From Clostridia bacterium (GTDB lineage Bacteria > Bacillota > Clostridia > Oscillospirales > CAG-272), in assembly GCA_017461055.1 (NCBI GenBank), contig JAFTZI010000189.1, forward strand, positions 1 to 60,641: a stretch of 60,641 nt of DNA, in the 5' to 3' direction. This document shows, piece by piece, positions 9,002-18,136 of the stretch. The number at the start of each line of letters is the position of its first letter. Positions within the stretch are counted from its first letter, which is position 1. The notes beneath the pieces are model-generated. The model had not been told where the DNA came from. It saw only the letters and a list, made by a program, of their open reading frames with translations, and did not search any database. Made by a program: the position numbers and the translations under genes.

Positions 9002-10747
9002 ATGGCATTTGACGCAGCAATGCTCAATTGTATTATTAACGAAATAGCATCGTATAAAGAGTGCAGAGTTGATAAAATTTATCAGCCTGCCAATGACGAA
9101 ATTGTACTTCTTTTACGTACAAGAGATAAAAACTTAAGATTATTAATTAACGCAGGCTCAAATTGCCCGCGCATAAATATAACGGAAACTCAATCGGAAA
9201 ACCCACAAAAGGCGCCAATGCTTTGCATGCTCCTAAGAAAGCATTTAAGCGGCTCAAAAATGTGCGCGGTACGTTGCCTCGGCTTTGAAAGAGCGTGCGA
9301 ATTGGAGTTTGATGCCTATGATGAAATGGGCTTCAAATCCAAAAAGTATTTGATATGTGAAATAATGGGCAAATACAGTAATATTGCTTTGACCGATGCT
9401 AACAAAAAAATCTTAGCGGTTTTGAAGCCTATTGATTTTTCTGTCAGTATGGAAAGACAGCTTTTGGTGGGAATGACCTATGAGCTTCCGCCCAAGCAAG
9501 ACAAGCTCGATACAAGTAAAGTAACAAGACAGGACTTTATTGATGCTTACAATAAAGCGCCTAAAGGTATGAAAATAGATAAGTTTATCAGTAATACTTT
9601 TTCAGGTATAGCTCTTTCAACATCAAGACAAATTGCGTATAAATCCTGCGGTAGCATTGACGCTTTGTTAGAGGACGCAAAGGTAGATTATTTGTGTAAA
9701 ACCTTTTTAGAAACAGTTGGAGAGGTCCTTAGTCACAGCGCCAAGCCCTATCTCGTTGTCAACGAAAGAGAAGAGCCTGTTGAATTTTCATATATGCCTC
9801 TTACATTCTACGGTAAGGGGTATAGCTGTATTGAGCAAGAATCCTTCGGTCAACTGATAGATGCTTATTTTACAAAAAAGGGTAAAAACGAAAGAATCAG
9901 ACAAAAATCCACAGACATATTTAAGCTTTTAACCAATGCAGAGGCAAGAATTGTAAAAAAGCTTTCTTTACAGGCAGAGGAGCTTAATATGTGCGACAAG
10001 GCAGAGGAGTATCGCATAATGGCTGATTTGCTGACATCAAATCTTTATGCCATAAAGCGCGGTGAAGAAAGGGTATGTCTTGTCAACTATTACGATGAGA
10101 GCTGCGCTAATATAGAAATTCCTCTTGACAGTCGCTTGTCCCCGGCGCAAAATGCGCAAAGATATTACAAGAAATACAGTAAGCTTAAAAAAGCCAAGCA
10201 GGAGCTTGCCAAGCAAATTGAAATCGGAAAAAAAGAGCTTGAATATATAGCTACTGTTTTTGATTCCTTGACAAAGGCAGAGGGAGAAAGTGACCTTGCT
10301 CAGATACGTGATGAGCTATATCATAGCGGATATGCTTCAAGAATGAAGAATTATAACGTTGTAAAAGCACAGTCGCCTCATCCCCTAAAGTTTAAAACAA
10401 GCGGTGGCTATACCGTGTTATGCGGCAAAAACAATACACAAAATGATTATATCACTACAAAGCTTGCCGAAAAAACGGATTGGTGGTTCCACGTAAAAAA
10501 TATGCCCGGCTCTCACGTGCTTATGCAATGCAAGGAGGAACCGGGCGAGATTGATTTTACAGAGGCTGCTGAAATTGCCGCTTATTACTCAAAGGCAGAA
10601 GGAAATAATATAGCAGTTGACTACACAAACGCAAGGCACGTAAAAAAACCGGCAGGCTCAAAGCCGGGCTACGTAATTTACCACGTCAATTGGACTGCTT
10701 ACGTAACTCCTAACGAAAAGAAAATTAAAGAAATGCAAATCAAATAA
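9002..10747 (+). CDS. rqcH: Ribosome quality-control protein RqcH (NFACT / FbpA family)
   Basis: NFACT-N domain, central coiled coil, and a C-terminal NFACT-R region with WWFHVKNMPGSHV. Start at ATG 9002 after AAGGAG. Confidence 0.85.
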   Translation: MAFDAAMLNCIINEIASYKECRVDKIYQPANDEIVLLLRTRDKNLRLLINAGSNCPRINITETQSENPQKAPMLCMLLRKHLSGSKMCAVRCLGFERACELEFDAYDEMGFKSKKYLICEIMGKYSNIALTDANKKILAVLKPIDFSVSMERQLLVGMTYELPPKQDKLDTSKVTRQDFIDAYNKAPKGMKIDKFISNTFSGIALSTSRQIAYKSCGSIDALLEDAKVDYLCKTFLETVGEVLSHSAKPYLVVNEREEPVEFSYMPLTFYGKGYSCIEQESFGQLIDAYFTKKGKNERIRQKSTDIFKLLTNAEARIVKKLSLQAEELNMCDKAEEYRIMADLLTSNLYAIKRGEERVCLVNYYDESCANIEIPLDSRLSPAQNAQRYYKKYSKLKKAKQELAKQIEIGKKELEYIATVFDSLTKAEGESDLAQIRDELYHSGYASRMKNYNVVKAQSPHPLKFKTSGGYTVLCGKNNTQNDYITTKLAEKTDWWFHVKNMPGSHVLMQCKEEPGEIDFTEAAEIAAYYSKAEGNNIAVDYTNARHVKKPAGSKPGYVIYHVNWTAYVTPNEKKIKEMQIK

Positions 10748-10789
10748 AAATGCAAAGCGAGATTCTCTCTGCATCCTTAGCGGAGAATT
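10746..10789 (+). repeat. Left copy of a 44-nt bipartite inverted repeat (arms 15 nt + 14 nt around a 15-nt non-conserved spacer)
   Basis: AAAAATGCAAAGCGA-N15-CTTAGCGGAGAATT. The reverse complement of 12107-12150 is identical in both arms with identical spacing. Starts within the rqcH stop codon. Confidence 0.85.
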
Positions 10790-10994
10790 AGCAGGCACAA
10801 GAAATTCGGGCGAGCTTAACGCAAGCCCATCTAAGCCTCCATCAGAGAGGGAGGTTTTATATACGTAAAATAAAAAGCAACCGTCGGTTGACACATTGAA
10901 AGCTCTCGGTTGGTGGTATGCAAGCGCGGTTTGTGCTACAATATAGGCACGATAAAGCATAGAGCTTTACGAAATTGTCAAACGAGGTGTTTTT

Positions 10995-11981
10995 ATGATT
11001 TTAGCTGACAAAATTATAAGGTTGAGAAAAAAGAATGGTTGGTCACAAGAGGAACTTGCGGACAAAATGAGCATTTCTCGTCAAGCTGTTTCAAAATGGG
11101 AAAGCGCTCAGACGGTTCCCGATTTGGAAAAGGTATTACAGCTTGGTACGCTGTTCGGAGTTACGACAGACTATTTGTTGAAAGATGAGATTGAGAATGA
11201 AGAATTTACCGATGATGCTTCCGAGCATACCGTTAAGAGAATAAGCATCGATGAAGCAAACACTTATCTTGAACAAAGAAAACGCGCTTCTTGGCGCATC
11301 GCTCTTGCTACGTTTTTGTGTATTATTTCTCCAATTACAATTATGGTATTAAGCATCTTATCGGAATTGTCAAACCCGATTATAACAGAAACTACGGCCG
11401 GTTCGGTGGGATTAACTGTTCTCTTTGCGCTTGTTCTTTGTGCCGTTCCAATCTACATTTATTGCGGGTTCAAGAATCAGCCCTATGCTTTCCTTGATAA
11501 AAATATTCCTTTTGAACTTGAATATGGAGTGAAAGCATTGGTAACAGAAAAGAAAAACGCATTCAGGCCAACTTATATTGCATACAATATCATCGCAACA
11601 TGTCTGTGTATTTTCTCCGTTGTTCCATTGGTAATACTATCTTTTACAGGAAATGAAGTGCTTGTTGCGGTAGCTCTTGCTTTACTTATGATTATTGTAG
11701 GCATAGGCGTGGGAATGTTTATTGTGGCAGGAACGCAAAATGCAAGTATGCAAAAGCTCCTTAAAGAAGGCGAATTTACAGACAAAGAGAAAAAGAGAAC
11801 TGGCGTAAAAGAGGCCGTTGGTTTCTGCTATTGGGGCGTTTTGACGGCAATATACCTTGCTTGGAGTTTCCTTACAAACCATTGGCATATCTCTTGGTTG
11901 GTTTATGCAATAGGCGGCGTCCTATTCCCGATTGTTATGTGTATTTGTAGCTACTTTGCAGATAAACAAAGGACAGACTAA
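10995..11981 (+). CDS. XRE-family HTH regulator fused to a C-terminal polytopic membrane domain
   Basis: N-terminal Cro/C1 HTH (LRKKNGWSQEELADKMSISRQAVSKWESAQTVPD) followed by about 6 predicted TM helices. Confidence 0.8.
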   Translation: MILADKIIRLRKKNGWSQEELADKMSISRQAVSKWESAQTVPDLEKVLQLGTLFGVTTDYLLKDEIENEEFTDDASEHTVKRISIDEANTYLEQRKRASWRIALATFLCIISPITIMVLSILSELSNPIITETTAGSVGLTVLFALVLCAVPIYIYCGFKNQPYAFLDKNIPFELEYGVKALVTEKKNAFRPTYIAYNIIATCLCIFSVVPLVILSFTGNEVLVAVALALLMIIVGIGVGMFIVAGTQNASMQKLLKEGEFTDKEKKRTGVKEAVGFCYWGVLTAIYLAWSFLTNHWHISWLVYAIGGVLFPIVMCICSYFADKQRTD

Positions 11982-12021
11982 AGGATAAACAAATTCCAAT
12001 TTATCGAGCAGAACAAACGAA

Positions 12022-12065
12022 CCCCGACAGACCTTCAAAAATCTGTCGGGGTATCTATTTGTTTT
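12022..12065 (+). terminator. Intrinsic terminator of the XRE-membrane gene
   Basis: CCCCGACAGA (12022-12031) pairs with TCTGTCGGGG (12042-12051), followed by a T-rich tract. Confidence 0.7.
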
Positions 12066-12106
12066 CTGCGAATCAATTTATAAATCGTATAATCAACAGA
12101 TTTGTA

Positions 12107-12150
12107 AATTCTCCGCTAAGAATATCTCCCTTTAATCGCTTTGCATTTTT
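12107..12150 (-). repeat. Right copy of the 44-nt bipartite inverted repeat
   Basis: The reverse complement reads AAAAATGCAAAGCGA-N15-CTTAGCGGAGAATT. It abuts the stop codon of the SLH protein gene (12151). Confidence 0.85.
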
Positions 12151-13428
12151 CTATTTATTAAGCTTTCCTTGATATTCAAGCAAGGACATCAAAATTTGTG
12201 CGGTTTGAGCTCTTGTAAGTGGGGTGTTTGGCGAAATTTTACCGTTAACCTTTTCTAAAATTCCAACCTGTGTTAATGAAGTAATTGCTTCAAGTGCATC
12301 ATCGGGTATTTCCTCAGAATCAGCAAATACAGTTAAGCTAGTTTGAATTTTTGAACCTATAATTTTGTACAAAATTTTTGCAGCCTCTGCGGTTGTGATG
12401 CTCTTTTTGGGATTAATGTGTATTCCGTCAGCTTCATTTGTTCCCGAAATTATTCCCAAGGAAAAAGCACTTTCCAAATAGCCCTTATATTCGGGGGAGA
12501 TATCACCGTCATCAGCAAATCGTGTTTTATCAATGTTAGGCGCATTTGACGCGCCCATTGCCTTCATAACAAGAACTATAAATTCCTCGGTTGTTACTTC
12601 CTCATTGGGTCTGAAGTCAAATGCACCGTTACCGTTTAGCTTAAATGTCATCAAATCGTTTTCGTGGGCAACAATGGCTGCATTTAAGCATCTGTCTCCT
12701 TCTAAATCGCCAAAAACAAGGCTTGTTTTCAGCTTTTCAATTTTCATTTTGACTGTACAGGTTTCGGAATAATTTCCAAATGAATCTCTCACTCTGTATG
12801 AAAAGGCATCTGTGCCCTTGGCATTTTCGTATGGAGTATATTTATAGTCACCGGTTTCGGTATTCGTCATGATTAACAGACCCTTTTCGGGGTAAGAAAC
12901 AATTTCGTAACGAAGAGAATCACCGTCAGGGTCATAACCGTTCAAGGCACCAAAGCAGGAAATGTTCATATTTGTCCACGCGCTTACCGTTTCGCCGTTT
13001 GTGGCAATAGGCGAAAGATTAACGCCTTGAAGTGCTTTGATTGTACATTCAATCTCATATTCGTTGTCGTTTGGCTTAAATTTAAAAACAGCGTCAACAT
13101 CTTCACTTGATGTCTTAACAAATTTAAGCATGGAAAAATCATCTCGTAAAACCACTTGACTTTCCACTATGTAAAGATTATCAAGCATTAGCCTGCCAAT
13201 GCTTGAATCAGGTAACGAAGAAACAGTAATTGATTGAACATTTGCTCCTAACGCTTCATCAAAATCACTTACATCAAAAAACATTTCTCCGTCACTAACC
13301 ATAGATGCTTTAACCATTGAGTATTCTCCTGCAATTACATCAATAGCTGGCGAAAGCTTGCTTGACGCGCAAATTGTAAGAGTAAAGGCGAAAATTAAAA
13401 TCGCAGTAAACATTAAAAATTTTTTCAT
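12151..13428 (-). CDS. Secreted cell-surface protein with a cadherin/Ig-like central domain and C-terminal SLH repeats
   Basis: Signal peptide. DPDGDSLRYEIV...DAFSYRVRDSFGN matches cadherin-like/VCBS-type repeats. Two SLH-like repeats are present (FADDGDISPEYKGYLESAF...; FADSEEIPDDALEAITSL...). Confidence 0.7.
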   Translation of the reverse strand: MKKFLMFTAILIFAFTLTICASSKLSPAIDVIAGEYSMVKASMVSDGEMFFDVSDFDEALGANVQSITVSSLPDSSIGRLMLDNLYIVESQVVLRDDFSMLKFVKTSSEDVDAVFKFKPNDNEYEIECTIKALQGVNLSPIATNGETVSAWTNMNISCFGALNGYDPDGDSLRYEIVSYPEKGLLIMTNTETGDYKYTPYENAKGTDAFSYRVRDSFGNYSETCTVKMKIEKLKTSLVFGDLEGDRCLNAAIVAHENDLMTFKLNGNGAFDFRPNEEVTTEEFIVLVMKAMGASNAPNIDKTRFADDGDISPEYKGYLESAFSLGIISGTNEADGIHINPKKSITTAEAAKILYKIIGSKIQTSLTVFADSEEIPDDALEAITSLTQVGILEKVNGKISPNTPLTRAQTAQILMSLLEYQGKLNK

Positions 13429-13645
13429 AAAAATTGACTCCCATAAAACATTCTTACTAAATTATACTTAAGAATCGGCTAAAAAATACCCGGTTTGTAA
13501 ATTCAATGAAAAAAAGCCGTAACACTTCCATTTAAATCCCTATTTAACATTAATTATGACTTGCACAAAAAGGAATAAAATCAATATAATGTTAAGGTAG
13601 AGTAGTCCCGATGGAGCCGTTTATTAACAAAGAAAGGAGAATAGC

Positions 13646-14215
13646 ATGGAAATAATCAAAATAGGAAGCGATTCCTTAAAAATCAGTCTATGCACAAAAG
13701 AAGCAAATGAATATAAGCTTGACAAGATAGATAACGAGCTTATGAAAAACAGCTTTTTAAAGCTATTACTAAAGGTTAAAGAAAGCATTAGCTACAAAGC
13801 AATTGGCGAAAAAATAGTTGCAGAAATTTTCTCGGGCAAGGATGGAGGATGCGAAATTTTTGTAAGTCGTGTGGAGGTGACCGAGTCGATGTATAAGGAA
13901 AAAACCACTGAGGAAGCAGTTAAAAAGCCGAAGCAGCTATCAACGATATATTCCTTTGACAACGTTGATAAATTGCTTATGGCAATAAATCGGTTACATA
14001 ATATTCGATATAGTGGCACAAGCTCTGCGTACTACGATGAGGAAAAGGATAAGTATTACATATTGCTGGAGGACGTTTCCTCAAAGGACATAAGATATGC
14101 ATTTATGAATGAATACGCAAGGTACATAAGAGGAAGCTTAAGCTCATTAATAAAGGAGCATTGCAAGTGTATATGTAAAAGAGATGCTGTAAAAAAGCTT
14201 TCAAACCTATTATAG
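13646..14215 (+). CDS. mecA: MecA-family adaptor protein (Clp adaptor-like)
   Basis: MEIIKIGSDSLKISL... N-terminus. The C-terminal region (YSFDNVDKLL...KYYILLED...NEYARYI) aligns by eye with B. subtilis MecA. Confidence 0.55.
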   Translation: MEIIKIGSDSLKISLCTKEANEYKLDKIDNELMKNSFLKLLLKVKESISYKAIGEKIVAEIFSGKDGGCEIFVSRVEVTESMYKEKTTEEAVKKPKQLSTIYSFDNVDKLLMAINRLHNIRYSGTSSAYYDEEKDKYYILLEDVSSKDIRYAFMNEYARYIRGSLSSLIKEHCKCICKRDAVKKLSNLL

Positions 14216-14254
14216 TATGTAAAAAAGTCCCCAAAAGGGACTTTTTTGTATCAG

Positions 14255-15289
14255 TTAATCGTTCAAAAAATCAATGATGCTGTCAGTAAAGGCATATGCT
14301 GTAAGGAGCGCATCCTCATACTTACAAGCATATGAGCCGATATCTACTCTTAGGGTATTACACGGAAATTTTTGCGAAAGGTTATATTTTGCGATAATTA
14401 TTTTGCTAATTAGGGGGATTTCGTTTTTATTAACTGTTTTTGATAGCTCATTTGCAAGAAAAATACTTTTTTTCTGTTCAACAGTTAAGTCCCCGTTGCT
14501 TGTACCGCATAATAGCTGAATGGTTGGGAGCTTGTTTGAATCAACCGTTACATATTCATTTTCTATATTCAAGCTTTCATCAATATGTATAGCCCTTGAA
14601 ATATCAAATATGTAAGAAATGCTTGGATACATTTTTAAGGTGTCGGTTATCTTTTGCTCATATATCGCTTTACTTTCATAAAGAGAGGGACTGCTTGTAT
14701 CAAATAAATGCAACGAGTTGATTCCGTTTTTATTTAATCTGTCGCAAATTTCCTTTCCAATGGAGCAAACGTTTTTCTCATTTGAGTAAAAGCTATCACC
14801 GTCACAGTATGCTTCCGTTGGTGAAAAATTAACAATCAGAACAATAGGAGCATCATAAGAGTACTTTTCGTAAAGCTCCTTTGCTTTAGAGAAGCTGTAA
14901 GCTTCGTCAATGATAATTTCCGTGTTAAGCTCGTTAACAAATTGAAATTTATCGGGACACGTGTCGATAAAACCCGAAATGCTGTCATTGCTTTCGTCCT
15001 TTGTATTTTCGTTTGTACTGTCATTTTCCTCGTTTTCGTTGGGAGTGCTCGGTTCGTCCTTGTCAACAATATTAAATTGCTCAAACGTATTCGCAACAAA
15101 ATTCTTGATAACCGTGAATTTAGTAACAAAAAAGTATATACATACTCCAAGTATGATAATTGCAAACAGTCTGCCGACTAACCTTTTTCCTTTTCTTTTT
15201 CTTCTTTTGCCTTTGGTAACAAAAAATGAAGACTGACTTTGAAGTGAAATTTCCTGTTTATCTACACGTATCGGCATATTTTCATCCAT
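14255..15289 (-). CDS. SpoIIP-like protein, apparently degenerate in conserved His-containing motifs
   Basis: N-terminal TM helix. Blocks colinear with B. subtilis SpoIIP: IGKEICDRLNKNGINSL ~ VGKRLAQELNKNGIGAV; YIFDISRA ~ YFIDIHRD; YNLSQKF...LRVDIGS ~ YNQSLSP...LLIEIGG. Confidence 0.55.
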   Translation of the reverse strand: MDENMPIRVDKQEISLQSQSSFFVTKGKRRKRKGKRLVGRLFAIIILGVCIYFFVTKFTVIKNFVANTFEQFNIVDKDEPSTPNENEENDSTNENTKDESNDSISGFIDTCPDKFQFVNELNTEIIIDEAYSFSKAKELYEKYSYDAPIVLIVNFSPTEAYCDGDSFYSNEKNVCSIGKEICDRLNKNGINSLHLFDTSSPSLYESKAIYEQKITDTLKMYPSISYIFDISRAIHIDESLNIENEYVTVDSNKLPTIQLLCGTSNGDLTVEQKKSIFLANELSKTVNKNEIPLISKIIIAKYNLSQKFPCNTLRVDIGSYACKYEDALLTAYAFTDSIIDFLND

Positions 15290-15413
15290 ATTATGCTCCT
15301 TGCGGTTTTTTAATATTGTATTTTAAAGATTCGAAAAATATTACAAAACATGAGATTTGCATAAAATGAATGAAACAATTTTAAAAGCATTAAAAAAACC
15401 GCTGCGATTTTTG

Positions 15414-15442
15414 TTGATAAATTGTAAAAAATGTGTTATGAT
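15414..15442 (+). promoter_or_regulatory. Sigma-A-type promoter for the DUF4364 gene
   Basis: TTGATA, 17-nt spacer, TATGAT, with a TG extension (TGT TATGAT). Confidence 0.45.
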
Positions 15443-15477
15443 AAGCTTGATATAAAAAATGCAGGAGAGTTTTTATT

Positions 15478-16029
15478 ATGGAAGCAATGAATGACAAAAA
15501 AGAAATTAAAATTTTCATACTTTACTTAATGGAGAGAATCGGGTATCCCTTGAGCCTTAAGGATGTAAGCTCAATTTTGTATCAGGAAAACCTTGCAAGC
15601 TACTTCGATTGCGGAGATTGCTTTACCGAATTAATGGATGCAAATCATATAGTCGACTCCGGTGAAAAGGATGAAGCGGGGGATATAGCCTACATAGTTT
15701 CTCCGACAGGATTAAAAATCGCAACGGAATTAAACGACACAATATCTCCCTGGATAAAGGAGGTTAGCTATCGGAGTGCTATCAGAAACCTTTCCTTTTT
15801 CAAAAGAGGAGCAAAAACAGAATGCTATAAAACAGCGCTTGGTAACGGTAAATTTAGCGTTCACTGCGAAATATTGGAGCGCGACAAAAAGATATTTGAT
15901 GTCACCTTGGATGTTGACAGTGAAAAGGAAGCTGACAAAATTCTTTTTAATTTCCCAAGAAAGCCCGAAATTGTATTCAGAGGCGCTCTTGCGTTACTTT
16001 CCGGAGACCGAAATTACATTTTTGAATAA
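15478..16029 (+). CDS. DUF4364-family protein (Clostridial, function unknown)
   Basis: KIFILYLMERIGYPLSLKDVSSILYQENLASYFD matches my memory of the DUF4364 N-terminal winged-helix-like region. Size is typical at 183 aa. Confidence 0.5.
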   Translation: MEAMNDKKEIKIFILYLMERIGYPLSLKDVSSILYQENLASYFDCGDCFTELMDANHIVDSGEKDEAGDIAYIVSPTGLKIATELNDTISPWIKEVSYRSAIRNLSFFKRGAKTECYKTALGNGKFSVHCEILERDKKIFDVTLDVDSEKEADKILFNFPRKPEIVFRGALALLSGDRNYIFE

Positions 16030-16111
16030 TAGTTTTTGAACCATTTTTTGACAAAATGCACAAAAACGCCCTATGATATTTTAAAATTTTAACCAAAATG
16101 CGAAAAAATAC

Positions 16112-16140
16112 TTGACAAAATTAAAAAAATTTGATAAACT
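16112..16140 (+). promoter_or_regulatory. Sigma-A-type promoter for the sigma factor gene
   Basis: TTGACA (16112-16117), 17-nt spacer, TAAACT (16135-16140). Confidence 0.5.
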
Positions 16141-16201
16141 AAGATTACTTCATTAAATATGAGGTCTTTTACGCATTTGAAGTAGTCGGAATTGAGGGAT
16201 T

Positions 16202-16750
16202 ATGGAAAATATTATTGAGCTTATTTTGCAAGCGCGTGACGGAAACGATGAAGCGTTTTCCTTGCTTTGCGACCAATACAGTTCACTTATCGACAGTATG
16301 TCCTTCAAATATTCTGCGATGTGTTCTGATGAGTTCAGCTCAAAAGACGATTTTGTTCAAGAAGCAAAAATGGCATTCTACAAAGCTGTGCTTGCCTATG
16401 ATGTCAGTAACGGAAAAGTCACCTTTGGAGCTTATGCTAAGGTATGTATTAGAAACAGGCTTGTTTCCTGCGTACGTAAGAATTTGTCGAAAAAAAGACG
16501 TAAAGGTAAAGAAGATGCACAGGCTCAGGATATGTGGTCTTTGCAGGATACTGTTGTTCAGCGGGAACTTGGTGAAAAGCTTATATCTGTTGCTGAAAGT
16601 ACGCTTTCAGGATATGAAAAAAAGATTTTTTCATATTATTTGGAGGGTAGAAGGGCTAAGGAAATTTCCTCTATTTTAGGTAAAAGTGAGAAGTCCGTAA
16701 ATAATGCAATTTACAGGATCAGGTCAAAGCTAAAAAGGACAGTTAATTAA
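16202..16750 (+). CDS. Sigma-70 family RNA polymerase sigma factor, SigH-like (regions 2 and 4 only)
   Basis: DFVQEAKMAFYKAVLAYD...FGAYAKVCIRNRL aligns with B. subtilis SigH region 2. LSGYEKKIFSYYLEGRRAKEISSILGKSEKSVNNAIYRIRSKLKR aligns with SigH region 4. Lies next to rlmB, and sigH is near rlmB in Bacillus. Confidence 0.75.
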   Translation: MENIIELILQARDGNDEAFSLLCDQYSSLIDSMSFKYSAMCSDEFSSKDDFVQEAKMAFYKAVLAYDVSNGKVTFGAYAKVCIRNRLVSCVRKNLSKKRRKGKEDAQAQDMWSLQDTVVQRELGEKLISVAESTLSGYEKKIFSYYLEGRRAKEISSILGKSEKSVNNAIYRIRSKLKRTVN

Positions 16751-16801
16751 CACTTACAATGGCATAGCCATGTAAATAAAACCTATAGGAGAGAAAAGGA
16801 A

Positions 16802-17077
16802 ATGTACGAGGACAAGACACTAACATGTAAAGATTGCGGAGCAGAATTTGTTTTCACCGCCGGTGAACAGGAATTCTATGCTGAGAAGGGCTTCCAGAAT
16901 GAGCCACAGAGGTGCAAGGCTTGCAGAGACGCAAAGAAGAATGCTGCAAAAGCTCCAAGAGAATACTTTACAACTGTATGCGCAAAGTGCGGTAAGGAAG
17001 CAAAGGTTCCTTTCCAACCAAGCAACGACAGACCGGTATATTGCAGCGAATGCTTCGCTGAAATGAAAAATCAGTAA
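16802..17077 (+). CDS. Double zinc-ribbon protein (four CxxC pairs; zf-trcl-like)
   Basis: 91 aa with CKDC...CKAC and CAKC...CSEC. Strong SD (AGGAGAG). Confidence 0.75.
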   Translation: MYEDKTLTCKDCGAEFVFTAGEQEFYAEKGFQNEPQRCKACRDAKKNAAKAPREYFTTVCAKCGKEAKVPFQPSNDRPVYCSECFAEMKNQ

Positions 17078-17114
17078 TTCAATATCTACATCTAATATTT
17101 AATTTTGATTTCGA

Positions 17115-17147
17115 AGAGCTCTCACAATTGTGGGAGTTCTTTTTTTG
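17115..17147 (+). terminator. Intrinsic terminator after the zinc-ribbon gene
   Basis: AGAGCTCTCACA pairs with TGTGGGAGTTCT (two G-U pairs), followed by TTTTTTT. Confidence 0.7.
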
Positions 17148-17278
17148 CCATCTTAAGAGAAATTTAAGCTAAATGCACAAAACAAATTTTGCTCATTATT
17201 TTTATCAAAGAACTGTACAAATAAATAAAAATATGTTATAATATACTGAATATTAATGTGCAAAGGGGAGTTATTACC

Positions 17279-18124
17279 TTGGAAAATAAAAGAAAAGACC
17301 AAAAAAACAGCTATAACAATAAAAATGCTCGTTTCAAATCAAATGGCTTTGAAAGAAAAGATTACAATAATGATGCTGAAAAAGAAGACAATGGAATGGT
17401 TGTCGGCAGAAATGCAGTAAGAGAGCTTTTGAAGAGCCAACGCCCAATAGACAAAATTTATGTAAAAAAGGGCGGTACACATGAGGGCTCTATAACAGTT
17501 CTTATTTCAGAAGCTATTTCTAAGGGAATACCTATCGTGGAGGTAGAAGCACAAAAGCTTGAATATATTGCTCAGGGCGCTAACCATCAAGGTATAGTTG
17601 CACAAGCAGCGATGAAGGAATATTCAACAATAGATGATATGCTTGCATTAGCAGAGGAAAGAGGGGAAAAGGCGCTAATTGTAATTGCCGACTCAATTGA
17701 GGACCCGCATAATTTGGGAGCGCTTATAAGATGCGCGGAATGTGCCGGTGCGCACGGAATTGTTATTCCAAAGAGAAGAGCTGTGGGCATCACACCTACT
17801 GTTTATAAGTCCTCAGCAGGAGCAATCGAGCATATGCTGATTGCTAAGGTTTCAAATATTTCATCTACAATAGAAGCATTAAAGAAAAAGGGCGTATGGC
17901 TTTTCACCTCAGAGGCTGAGGGAACACCGTACTACGAAACTGACTTTAACTGTGCCTGTGCAATAGTGCTTGGCTCAGAGGGAAATGGAGTTTCAAGAAT
18001 TGTAAAGGAAAATAGTGATTTTATTGTGTCAATTCCAATGTATGGAAAGGTAAATTCACTGAATGTATCAACTGCTGCCTCTGTTATTCTTTGTCATGCA
18101 GCAAGAATGCAGAGAAGTAAATAA
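17279..18124 (+). CDS. rlmB: 23S rRNA (guanosine-2'-O)-methyltransferase RlmB (SpoU/TrmH family) with a Lys/Asn-rich N-terminal extension
   Basis: SpoU motifs (DPHNLGALIRCAE, GSEGNGVS, SLNVSTAASVIL). Start is ambiguous: TTG 17279 lies 8 nt after GGGGAG, while the track uses GTG 17258. Confidence 0.88.
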   Translation: MENKRKDQKNSYNNKNARFKSNGFERKDYNNDAEKEDNGMVVGRNAVRELLKSQRPIDKIYVKKGGTHEGSITVLISEAISKGIPIVEVEAQKLEYIAQGANHQGIVAQAAMKEYSTIDDMLALAEERGEKALIVIADSIEDPHNLGALIRCAECAGAHGIVIPKRRAVGITPTVYKSSAGAIEHMLIAKVSNISSTIEALKKKGVWLFTSEAEGTPYYETDFNCACAIVLGSEGNGVSRIVKENSDFIVSIPMYGKVNSLNVSTAASVILCHAARMQRSK

Positions 18125-18136
18125 GAAGGGAGCTTT

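Noticed and set aside
10748-10870. Possible riboswitch (c-di-GMP-I-like fragments GCAAAGCG and ACGCAAGCCC) downstream of rqcH and upstream of the XRE gene
   Set aside because: Only short fragments resemble the GEMM-I consensus. I could not find the paired P1/P2 helices, GNRA tetraloop or receptor. The region is better explained by the repeat arm plus a weak rqcH terminator (CCTCC-N9-GGAGG-TTTT).
10658-10960. 100-aa minus-strand ORF spanning the rqcH 3' end and the following intergenic region
   Set aside because: It has no SD, overlaps the well-supported rqcH coding end, and runs through the repeat arm and hairpins. Its composition looks non-coding. I treat it as a chance ORF.
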